DNA from: Spirochaetia bacterium
Lineage (GTDB): Bacteria > Spirochaetota > Spirochaetia > CADAEX01
Length of the DNA stretch: 64,000 nucleotides
NCBI GenBank assembly: GCA_045606105.1
Contig: JAZURI010000010.1
Location: forward strand, 64,001-128,000
Direction: 5' to 3'
Position 1 is the first letter of the stretch. The number at the start of each line of letters is the position of its first letter. The position numbers were made by a program, and so were the translations under genes. Of the stretch, positions 9,883 to 18,239 are shown piece after piece. The notes beneath the pieces were generated by a model. The model made no database searches and was not told where the DNA came from. It worked only from the letters and a program-made list of their open reading frames with translations.

Positions 9883-10745
9883 TGTGCTTTATACTGCCTT
9901 ATAAATTCCTCGTAATCCTCATAGGGTGAGGTATAGGTAAAAATACGGTAGGTCGGTTTTTTAAGCCAGTAACCGTAAAGATTGTATTTTTCTGCCAGAC
10001 TTCCCTCTCCGAATGCTTCCTTCTTTATCGTGATGACAGGACAGCGCCGCTCCCCTATCAGATATTCTTCAGGAATATTGCTGCATATAAGGTCGGAAAC
10101 CCGGTCTATCCGTTCCCTGAACCTGTCCAGGTCCAGTTCCTTGAGAACCTTGATGAAATGCTCGAAGATAAAGGTAGGTGCTGTGCTTGGAATCTGACAC
10201 TGCTCCGCAAATTTCCTGTAGCGGGCCAGATTGAGATATGAACATACATCCTCTTCCACGAAATTTTTCCATTCATCCCGTTTTACACAAACCACGGCCA
10301 GCCCGATATAGGATGCAAGCTGCTTGTTGAGACAGGTACAGAATGCCTTTGTCCCTTTCGGAATATCGTAATAGGGAAAGGCACTTACAGCATCTGCTAC
10401 ACCGTTTTCCTTGTAGAAAGGGGTGGAGTTGCTGGATTCAAGCCTGCAGAACATCTCTGTCTCGGGAAAGGATTCATCCCGCAGGTAATTTTTCAGCATG
10501 CTTGTCCACTGTTCCCTGAAATGCCCTTCGTTTCCGATTATCTTAAGTCTGTAGTTCATGGAATACATGATGGCTTCGATTCCAACGGTGGCACTGCCGG
10601 GAATAAAGAGGACATCATAATCCTCAAGACCGAACTTAAGGGTAAAAAGTTCACGGAGCTCCTTGAACTGGTCAAAAAATTCCTTGTCCCTGTGAGAGCT
10701 GTGTATTCTTACGGAATCTGAAAAATATGCATTTGGCCCGAACAT
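9876..10745 (-). CDS. Compact PLP-dependent enzyme, class V aminotransferase (AEP transaminase/PSAT-like) fold
   Basis: FGPN, SHRDKEF, PGSATVGIEA, DAVSAF (PLP Asp), CLNKQLASYIGLAVV (Schiff-base Lys) and PSTAP. Confidence 0.72.
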   Translation of the reverse strand: MFGPNAYFSDSVRIHSSHRDKEFFDQFKELRELFTLKFGLEDYDVLFIPGSATVGIEAIMYSMNYRLKIIGNEGHFREQWTSMLKNYLRDESFPETEMFCRLESSNSTPFYKENGVADAVSAFPYYDIPKGTKAFCTCLNKQLASYIGLAVVCVKRDEWKNFVEEDVCSYLNLARYRKFAEQCQIPSTAPTFIFEHFIKVLKELDLDRFRERIDRVSDLICSNIPEEYLIGERRCPVITIKKEAFGEGSLAEKYNLYGYWLKKPTYRIFTYTSPYEDYEEFIRQYKAQC

Positions 10746-11980
10746 TATATTCCTTCTCTGACCTTAACCATGAAATCCGCAATCCTCTTTCCTGCTTCTC
10801 CCCTGTGCTGCCATGCCTGATTTCCTGCGGCTTCCCTTTTTTCCGCCACATCCGGATTTTCGGTCATCCCTTCAATAATATTTTTTATCTCTTTAAAATC
10901 CTCTTCCCTGAGCTCTCTCCCTATTTCCGGAAGAATCCTGAACTGCCAGAGCTCATGAGGAACCTTTCCCGCATCGTAAGGACGGGGATCAAAGCCGCCG
11001 ATAACCGAAAGAAAAGGCTTTTCACGAAGAAAAGCATAATCCAGGGTAATACTGGAAAAGTCAGAAATCATTATATCAGCTTTTGAAAGAGAAACAATAT
11101 TATCAGGGGCAAAATCCCACTTAATTTTACTGTTTCCCGCATATCTTTCCTGCAGACGGTCCAGCATCTCCTTTTCCACCGACCTTGACTGGGGATGGGG
11201 CCTTATTATCATGTCAAATCCGGCATCGGCCAGCGGATCCAGAAGCCTCTCGCCGTACCTTGAAAGAAGACCGCTGCTGCCCCAGCTGGGTGAAACCAGA
11301 ACCGTGAAGCCATCTTTTTCCCCGCAGACTTCCTTCATTACCGAATCAAGCTTTTCAGAAAGCACATCAAGATAAGGAGAGCCCACTGTCACCAGCTGCT
11401 TTTCAGGCAGGCCGCGGAGTTTTTCCAGATATCTGATATCCTCCTTCTGGTAATCTCCCGAAAGAAGAACGGAATCGAAATAGTCCAGTCCGTAGCGTTT
11501 GTAGAGAGTGGCATCATTTATCATATGAAGCACATGGGAATAATGCTTTACCCCCTTGGAGCGCTTGAGCTGAAAGACATCCAGTCCGGGAGTGGTCATG
11601 AGACAGACATCGGCCTCCAGAAGATTGAGCCTGGCAAAGGCCTTGTTGCCTGCACCGATATATTCACACCGCACATGCTGAAGTTTAAGGTCATTTATCG
11701 GGTCATCCTCCGCAGAGGTAAGATAAAGAAGAGGAAGCCCCCTTCTTTCAAACTCCTCCACCACCGGTTTAAAGGTATTCCAGTACTGCTTTCCCTCGCA
11801 GTAAACCACATAAGGGACAGTCTCCCCCTTCTTCTCCTTTCTGCCTCCGGCAAAAATAACCCGGAGCTTTATGAAAAAGGCCCTGGAAGCAAAGTACAGC
11901 AGGGCAAAGAGGCTGATGAATACGGAAAAGAGCATGCTTCCCGTACCCGGATCTATGTATAGAAGATTGAAGTCAGTCAT
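10745..11980 (-). CDS. CDP-glycerol glycerophosphotransferase (TagF/TagB) family protein with N-terminal membrane anchor
   Basis: HVLH, VSPSWG, IRPHP and ISDFSSITLDY correspond to the TagF family motifs (TWHG, APTWR, MHY, TDYSS). N-terminal YIDPGTGS followed by a TM helix. Confidence 0.82.
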   Translation of the reverse strand: MTDFNLLYIDPGTGSMLFSVFISLFALLYFASRAFFIKLRVIFAGGRKEKKGETVPYVVYCEGKQYWNTFKPVVEEFERRGLPLLYLTSAEDDPINDLKLQHVRCEYIGAGNKAFARLNLLEADVCLMTTPGLDVFQLKRSKGVKHYSHVLHMINDATLYKRYGLDYFDSVLLSGDYQKEDIRYLEKLRGLPEKQLVTVGSPYLDVLSEKLDSVMKEVCGEKDGFTVLVSPSWGSSGLLSRYGERLLDPLADAGFDMIIRPHPQSRSVEKEMLDRLQERYAGNSKIKWDFAPDNIVSLSKADIMISDFSSITLDYAFLREKPFLSVIGGFDPRPYDAGKVPHELWQFRILPEIGRELREEDFKEIKNIIEGMTENPDVAEKREAAGNQAWQHRGEAGKRIADFMVKVREGI

Positions 11981-14564
11981 TGAGCTTCTCCCAGTTTCCG
12001 GCCTTGTAGATATCCCTGTTTACCCGGTACACGGGAGTAAACCGGTAAGTGTTCCTGTTGTGCTCGTTGGCCTCCACGGGACCGGTACCCACCAGTATGC
12101 CGTTCTTCTTTCCGCTGCTGTCCAGCGGTTTCCCGGTAAACGGATTCAGAGGCTTCTCTTCAAAGCCGGATACTGCCAGCACCGGTACATCAGCCACGGT
12201 CATGAAGGTGCGGTCTGTCCTGCAGGGCCCCTCTGACCCGAAATCCTTGAAAAGGAGCAGTGAGCTGTAGGCATTTATAAGGTCGGGATCTCCCTCTGCC
12301 TCCAGAGCCTTGTTTTCCTGCCTGAAGAACCGGCCGTGGTCCGAGGCAATGATTATCCTGGTATTGTCCCAGACACCGTTTTCCCTCATCCAGTCCATCC
12401 ATTTTCCCAGCATCCTGAAGGTGGCTGCATTCACATGATAATGACGGAAAACATATTCGCCGCCAATGTTGTTCTCTCCCCGGTCGGTAATTTCCCGCTG
12501 CAGGGTATAGTCGGGATACTGCAGATATGCAGGCTCGTGGGTGGTATCGTTGTCTATGGCAAAATATGCAGAGCCCTCTCCTTCGGTATCGGAAAGCTCA
12601 CAAATATAATCCAGGGCAGAATACCAGTTTATGAGAACTGAATTCTCATCCCGCCCCTTGCTTTCGTCGGAGCTCCACCAGTCTCCGTGGTCGTAGATGA
12701 TTCCCCTGAGACATACCGGAGAAATACGGAAGAAGTTGAAGAACAGGAAATCCCTCTTTATAAAGTCGGAAAGGACAAAGCCCTCCAGCTCCATGCCGTG
12801 CTCCTTTCTCCACAGCTTCTCGTAGCGGCCGCTGAGATTGAGGGCATTTATATCATCGTCAAATATGGAGTTGTCGGGAATCCAGCTGAAGTTGGCCAGA
12901 GGAGCATCGGTAACGGTGATATCGAAGTCCTTGCTGCCGAAATAGGCAGGCAGCATCTTCAGGGATTCGTTATGCTTCTCCCGGAGTGTCTGATCTGTCC
13001 TTTTGTTGGAGTTTTCAGGAAGATATTCGTAGCCTCCGAAAAGGGCCGGGGCACAGAGAATGGTACAAGAGGAAGGTGAAACTGTGTTGGGGTAATGGAC
13101 AAAGCCAGAAAACTGCGCCGCCACCTCGGGCATCTCTTCAAAGATGGCAGGAACAAAGGAGCTGATTCCCCGGTCCAGCATCATGACAATAACATTTTTT
13201 CCCGTTCTGCTGAAATGGAATACCGGTTTTAACGAATCTTCGTTCCGGCTGTTTTCTCCGGAGGCAACTATTGCTTCCAGCCTGTGGAACTCACTGTTTA
13301 TCTTAAATATGTTGTACCCTGAAAAAGCGGTCAGGGAAAGAACCAGGACTACAGTCAGGGATTTTATGTACTTTTCCTTTTTCAGGCAGAAAACCGGAAC
13401 CAGAACTGCCGCCACAGCCGCAAATACAGCCATATCCACAGGGAATTTGGCAAGCTCGTTCTTTATCTTCAGTCCGCTTTCAAATTCAATTCCGTTCCCC
13501 ACCAGTACAGTACCGTAGTTGCCCGGAAAGGCATAGGTGTTCACCAGAGACCATACCACTGCGAAAACCATGAGAAAGGCCATGGCAGACTGTACCTTTT
13601 TCGAGAAAAGGAAGTAGATGGCAACAAGCCAGGCTGTTATGCCCAGAGTCTGGAAAAACGGAAATTTCACCAGGCTGAGGGGATTATCATAAGGTTCTAT
13701 AAATGAAAATTCGGCTACAGAGGAGCTTACAAGGGAGGTTGGTATAACTATACCTACCAGCAGGAGAAATGCACTGCAGACCAACATGAAGAGTCCAAGA
13801 CGGTTCCGGTCATTTTCAAGGAGAGGATTCAGAGGTTTTGAGAGAATATTTCCCGCTTTCTCCCTCAGCGCCGCAGCTGCAGCCGGCATTTCCGGAAGCC
13901 TGATCTTATAGCAGATATTCTTGAAAAGTGAAAAAACATTGTTAAGGGTCCAGTAAAGGACAAGTCCTGCCGGGGAATTGTAGAGCAGCACCAGAAACAG
14001 GGCCGCCATACCGTAGAGCTGCATCTTTTCCTTCAGCATGAAACCCTTTACGTATACTGCGCTGGCGACAATATTAATCAGGGTCATGGCTATAGGGAGA
14101 ATATTTATCGGAAAGCTTCCTATGGTAAAAAGACGGTCGGGACTTCCCAGATCTCGGAAAATCCAGAATTCAGCCCCTTTAAGCATCTCCAGATTTGAAA
14201 GGAAGGAATAGGCCGCAATGAAGAACGGAACCTGAATCATCAGGCTTATGGAGCTTCTGAGAGCCATTACGGGATGATAATGATTCTGCCTGTAGAAGGT
14301 GGTGAGAATCATATAGCGCTCATCCCCCTTGAACACAGCCTTGATTTCATCTATCTCCGGCTTGAAACGGGTCTGGATATCCCGCTCCTTCTGCTGCCAT
14401 CGCTCTGCAATGATGTAGAGAGGCAGGGAAAGGAAGCTTACTGCCAGGCTTACCGCAGCTATGGAAAGCCCGTAATTGTCAAAAAGCCGGTCGGTAAAAA
14501 GGAAGACCGTTTCTATGAGAAGCTCAATAGGATAGATAAAAACAAGATAGAGAAAATCTGCCAT
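11973..14564 (-). CDS. Fusion protein: YidC/Oxa1-like membrane domain, further TM segments, and an alkaline-phosphatase-superfamily (LtaS/sulfatase-like) domain
   Basis: The N-terminal ~220 aa align by eye with the core of yidC at 48276 (NYGLSI, IQVPFFIAAY, DLGSPD, GLVLYWT). C-terminal NVIVMMLD, NDTTHEP and IIIASDHG motifs. Confidence 0.8.
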   Translation of the reverse strand: MADFLYLVFIYPIELLIETVFLFTDRLFDNYGLSIAAVSLAVSFLSLPLYIIAERWQQKERDIQTRFKPEIDEIKAVFKGDERYMILTTFYRQNHYHPVMALRSSISLMIQVPFFIAAYSFLSNLEMLKGAEFWIFRDLGSPDRLFTIGSFPINILPIAMTLINIVASAVYVKGFMLKEKMQLYGMAALFLVLLYNSPAGLVLYWTLNNVFSLFKNICYKIRLPEMPAAAAALREKAGNILSKPLNPLLENDRNRLGLFMLVCSAFLLLVGIVIPTSLVSSSVAEFSFIEPYDNPLSLVKFPFFQTLGITAWLVAIYFLFSKKVQSAMAFLMVFAVVWSLVNTYAFPGNYGTVLVGNGIEFESGLKIKNELAKFPVDMAVFAAVAAVLVPVFCLKKEKYIKSLTVVLVLSLTAFSGYNIFKINSEFHRLEAIVASGENSRNEDSLKPVFHFSRTGKNVIVMMLDRGISSFVPAIFEEMPEVAAQFSGFVHYPNTVSPSSCTILCAPALFGGYEYLPENSNKRTDQTLREKHNESLKMLPAYFGSKDFDITVTDAPLANFSWIPDNSIFDDDINALNLSGRYEKLWRKEHGMELEGFVLSDFIKRDFLFFNFFRISPVCLRGIIYDHGDWWSSDESKGRDENSVLINWYSALDYICELSDTEGEGSAYFAIDNDTTHEPAYLQYPDYTLQREITDRGENNIGGEYVFRHYHVNAATFRMLGKWMDWMRENGVWDNTRIIIASDHGRFFRQENKALEAEGDPDLINAYSSLLLFKDFGSEGPCRTDRTFMTVADVPVLAVSGFEEKPLNPFTGKPLDSSGKKNGILVGTGPVEANEHNRNTYRFTPVYRVNRDIYKAGNWEKLND

Positions 14565-15310
14565 TATTTAAGAAGCTTTAATACTCCGTTTACTGCATAA
14601 CAGAAAAAATTGAAGGCTGCCTCTGGCAAAGGAAGCTTCAGTTCCTTTCTGTAGATATCCCAGGTCCAGCCGAAAACCTTCAGCTTGCTGCCGGATACGG
14701 ATGTACTGCTTACCCGGTAAAAACCTTCCACAGTTCCCGTATTTCTGGCAATGAACCCCTTTCTGAGAATTTCAAGCCACATGAGATAATCTTCATGATG
14801 TATTTCTTTCTGGTATACCTTGCCCACCTTGGCTGTATCGTAGATTCCGGTAAGGTTTCCGATACAGTTTCCCTTCAGGAGGGTCCTGAAGTCTGCCGAA
14901 GCGGGAGAAATCACAGTATTTGTCACATTGCCGGCTTCATCCATTTTCTTGTACAGGGAAAATACGGCCCCGCAATTCTTTTCCTCAAACAGCGGAAGCT
15001 GATGTGCCAGCTTTTCCGGCAGCCACATGTCATCGCAGTCCAGAAATGCAATATACCTTCCTGCAGCCTCTTTTATTCCCACATTGCGGGGAGTTGCCGG
15101 CATCCGGGTGGTACGGTCATTGATAAGCAGCCTGATACGGCTGTCCCTTTCCGCATAGGCCTGTACTGCAGAGCGGGTATTGTCTGTGGAAAAATCGTCT
15201 ATTACCAGCAGCTCCCAGTAGGGATATGTCTGGGCAATAACCGATTCTATTGCCTTTCCTATGTACTTTTCGCCGTTATGACACGGCATGATTACAGAAA
15301 CAGTTACCAT
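14564..15310 (-). CDS. Glycosyltransferase family 2 (TuaG-like)
   Basis: VSVIMPCHN, DDFSTD, FLDCDDMW and HEDY. Confidence 0.92.
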   Translation of the reverse strand: MVTVSVIMPCHNGEKYIGKAIESVIAQTYPYWELLVIDDFSTDNTRSAVQAYAERDSRIRLLINDRTTRMPATPRNVGIKEAAGRYIAFLDCDDMWLPEKLAHQLPLFEEKNCGAVFSLYKKMDEAGNVTNTVISPASADFRTLLKGNCIGNLTGIYDTAKVGKVYQKEIHHEDYLMWLEILRKGFIARNTGTVEGFYRVSSTSVSGSKLKVFGWTWDIYRKELKLPLPEAAFNFFCYAVNGVLKLLK

Positions 15311-15312
15311 AA

Positions 15313-16779
15313 TTACCTGAACAGATATTTTTTCAGCTTGGAGAAGGCCTTGAGAGAACGCTTCAGATCGTCAAAATCGGTAAGCCCCACCTTGAGACGG
15401 TGCAGGATATAGCTTACCCTGAGATAATATTTCTTCCTGGCTATATTGCAGAATTCCACCATCTCCTCTGCACTGAGTCCCGGAAGATTCAGCAGTGTGT
15501 TGTGAGTGCCGTCCTCCTTGCAGTACTGGTCATATTCCAGGGTTAAATATCCTTTGGAACGGGCCAGATTGTAGGCGTCGGTTCCCGGATAAGGAATCAG
15601 CGGGAAAAACTGGGCTGTATCGGTATTGAGCTTAAGAGCCAGCTTCAGGGTATCCTCCATGGTCTGCTTTGTCTCTCCGTCGTTTCCCACCATATAGCAG
15701 GCATGGATCAGAAGTCCCGCCTTCTTGGCATTGGCCACATAGGAGTGAATCTGCTGAAGAGTGATTCCCTTCTTGATGTTATCCAGGATTTCCTGACTTC
15801 CGCTCTCGATTCCCGGAATGATGAGACGGCATCCCGCTTTCTTCATAAGCTTCATGGTTTCCAGATCGAGGGTGTTGACCCTGGCGTTGCAGAGCCATTT
15901 AAGCCTTTTGTTCAGCTTTTTTTCTATAAGGAGACGGGATATTTTCTTTACTCTCTCCTTGTTGATGGTAAAGGTGTCGTCTTCGATAACCACCTCTTTT
16001 ACATCGGGGAAGTTTGCGGCAATGTACTCAAATTCCTCCACCACGTTCTCAGGAGTTCTGGCCCTGAACTTACGGCCGTGCATTATCTGCGGATAGACAC
16101 AGAAGCTGCAGTAGCAGGGACATCCTCTTCCTGTGAAGATCTGCACGGAAGGATAGGTGGCTGCGGCAAAGAAATAGTCCCTTTCATCCAGATTTTCCTT
16201 TATGAATTCGGAAGCAAAAGGAATGTCATCCATATCGTGGATTACCGGCATGGCAGGAGTTCTGACAAACCCTCCCTCTTTTCTGACAAAAAGACCTCTC
16301 GATTCAGCTGGATCTCCCCCCTTATCAAGAGTATCTGCCAGTTCCTTTACGGAATAATCGAATTCTCCCATGGCAATGGCATCTGTTGCAGTGCTGTAGC
16401 CCATGGTTTCCTCAGGACAGGCTGTAGGATGAGTTCCTACCAAGGTAATATAGGAATACGGATAAAGCTCCTTAAGTGCTGTACCGAACATTACATCGCT
16501 CTTGATGGAAGGAGTACTTGTATTAAGGACAAAAAGAAGGTGTTCGTCGGAGGAGGCAAGAGCCTTTACCTTTTCGAGGGTCTGCTCCTCGTTGAGAGGC
16601 TTGGCCGGAGCATCGATAAAATCCACCCGGTGCCCGTGCTTCTGACAGTAGGCTGCCGCATAGATAAGCCACAGCGGATAATAAAGTGCGCCGCTTTTGG
16701 TTATGGCCGGGCTGCGGGACTCCCTGGAAAATTTTCCGTATTCTGCCTTGAAAGGCGGGTTTATGAAAACTATATGCAT
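15313..16779 (-). CDS. Cobalamin-binding radical SAM protein (HpnJ-like/class B)
   Basis: N-terminal B12-binding domain (YYPLWL, VGTHPT, GEFD), GRGCPCYCSFC CxxxCxxC motif, GIESGSQ and PYPGT. Confidence 0.88.
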   Translation of the reverse strand: MHIVFINPPFKAEYGKFSRESRSPAITKSGALYYPLWLIYAAAYCQKHGHRVDFIDAPAKPLNEEQTLEKVKALASSDEHLLFVLNTSTPSIKSDVMFGTALKELYPYSYITLVGTHPTACPEETMGYSTATDAIAMGEFDYSVKELADTLDKGGDPAESRGLFVRKEGGFVRTPAMPVIHDMDDIPFASEFIKENLDERDYFFAAATYPSVQIFTGRGCPCYCSFCVYPQIMHGRKFRARTPENVVEEFEYIAANFPDVKEVVIEDDTFTINKERVKKISRLLIEKKLNKRLKWLCNARVNTLDLETMKLMKKAGCRLIIPGIESGSQEILDNIKKGITLQQIHSYVANAKKAGLLIHACYMVGNDGETKQTMEDTLKLALKLNTDTAQFFPLIPYPGTDAYNLARSKGYLTLEYDQYCKEDGTHNTLLNLPGLSAEEMVEFCNIARKKYYLRVSYILHRLKVGLTDFDDLKRSLKAFSKLKKYLFR

Positions 16780-17405
16780 AACAAACTCCTGAGCTGTTCA
16801 ACGCTTTCGGCTGTAGTAAACGGATAATCTTTGCCGGGTTCAAAACCGAAGCCGTAGGTTACCCCGATAAAGTCCACTCCGGCAGCCTTTGCCCCTTCGG
16901 AATCCACGGTGCTGTCTCCAACCATTACAGCCTCTTCCTTGCTGATACCGGCAAGGGTACAGCACATTCCGATAATGTCGGCCTTGGTCATGCTGTCTCC
17001 GGCATCCATACCGCAGATGGCATCAAAAAGGGAATCTATACCCAGAATTTCAGTAAGCTTACGGGCAAGAACCTGATTCTTCATGGTGGCAACAGCAAGC
17101 CTGAGCCCTTTTTTACGACAATCGGCAAGCAGCTTCTCCATACCGTCATAAACACGGGACATTGCCAGCCCTGTTTCGCCGTAGTGCTTCCGGTATATGG
17201 TTATGACCCTGCGGGTCTCCTCCTCGGAAAGCCCCATAATAACATTGTATGTCCTGAACAGTCCCGCGCTCAGCAGAGGCTTCATGTCTGCTTCATCCGG
17301 TTCCTGCAATCCCATTTCCCGGATGGTATGCCGATGGGTATCCAGAAGTCCTTCCGAAGTATCGGCAACTGTTCCGTCCAAATCAAATATAATAAGTTTT
17401 TTCAT
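16770..17405 (-). CDS. HAD-family phosphatase
   Basis: FDLDGTVADT motif I, ATMK and VGDSTVD motif IV. Confidence 0.9.
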   Translation of the reverse strand: MKKLIIFDLDGTVADTSEGLLDTHRHTIREMGLQEPDEADMKPLLSAGLFRTYNVIMGLSEEETRRVITIYRKHYGETGLAMSRVYDGMEKLLADCRKKGLRLAVATMKNQVLARKLTEILGIDSLFDAICGMDAGDSMTKADIIGMCCTLAGISKEEAVMVGDSTVDSEGAKAAGVDFIGVTYGFGFEPGKDYPFTTAESVEQLRSLLCI

Positions 17406-17411
17406 TTTTCT

Positions 17412-18239
17412 TCAATATTTTCCGAAATCAAGCTCTGCAACCTGATGGGTTTTTCTTTCACTTTCAGGAGGCAGCTTCATATAATCACCGAAAAGCTCGG
17501 TAAGAAATCCGTGGTACTCCTTAAGGACCATGAACTTTTCATCCTCAAACTGAAGCTCGGTATAGCCGTCAAAAAGGTATGCGCTGCGGAATTCCTTAGG
17601 TGCCCCGTAACGCCCTGCCAGATAGACTCTGGTATTTGTATTTTTTTTGTTCAGTTTATAGGGATAATTCAGAATTCTGTTTCTGAGCCAGGCTTTAGGA
17701 ACGAAGAAAAAGCAGATTTTCATCATTTCCGCCACAATTCTCTTGAGCTTGGTGGTTCCGTTCTTATAGCCGTTTTTCATGGAATAAAGAACAGACAGGA
17801 AATTAAGCTGACGGAAGTAAAGGGTAGCCAGAAAACGGTTGTCATGAATCGTGTCGTAAGGAAGGACATCTACCAGAAATCCGCACTGACTCAGGGTCTT
17901 TGGCTGCTGTACAGTCCTGTAGACTGTATCCTTCAGAACCACCTTGGAAAAAAATGTTCCTACTTTCGGATCGTGCTTTAAGCTCATGAGTGAAAATTCA
18001 GGCCCCAGCTCCTGCGGCGCCACCTCGATAAAACGGTCGTAGTCGGAACGCATCATGGCAATGTCGATGTCATCGTCCCACGGGATAAAGCCCTTGTGTC
18101 TTACGGCTCCGATAAGGGTTCCCCCGGTAAGGAAGTATTTTATGTCATGCTTGGTACAGATTCTCTTGATTTCCTTAAGAACCTTAAGCTCCAGAAGCTG
18201 TACCTTCCTGAGCTCTTCAGGTGTCAGTGTCTTAGTCAT
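17412..18239 (-). CDS. licD: LicD-family phosphotransferase
   Basis: GGTLIGAVRHKGFIPWDDDIDIAMMR and FGDYMKLPP. Confidence 0.92.
   Translation of the reverse strand: MTKTLTPEELRKVQLLELKVLKEIKRICTKHDIKYFLTGGTLIGAVRHKGFIPWDDDIDIAMMRSDYDRFIEVAPQELGPEFSLMSLKHDPKVGTFFSKVVLKDTVYRTVQQPKTLSQCGFLVDVLPYDTIHDNRFLATLYFRQLNFLSVLYSMKNGYKNGTTKLKRIVAEMMKICFFFVPKAWLRNRILNYPYKLNKKNTNTRVYLAGRYGAPKEFRSAYLFDGYTELQFEDEKFMVLKEYHGFLTELFGDYMKLPPESERKTHQVAELDFGKY

Noticed and set aside
15703-16827. 374-aa plus-strand ORF antisense to the radical SAM gene
   Set aside because: Shadow ORF lying almost entirely opposite well-supported genes, with no recognisable motifs.
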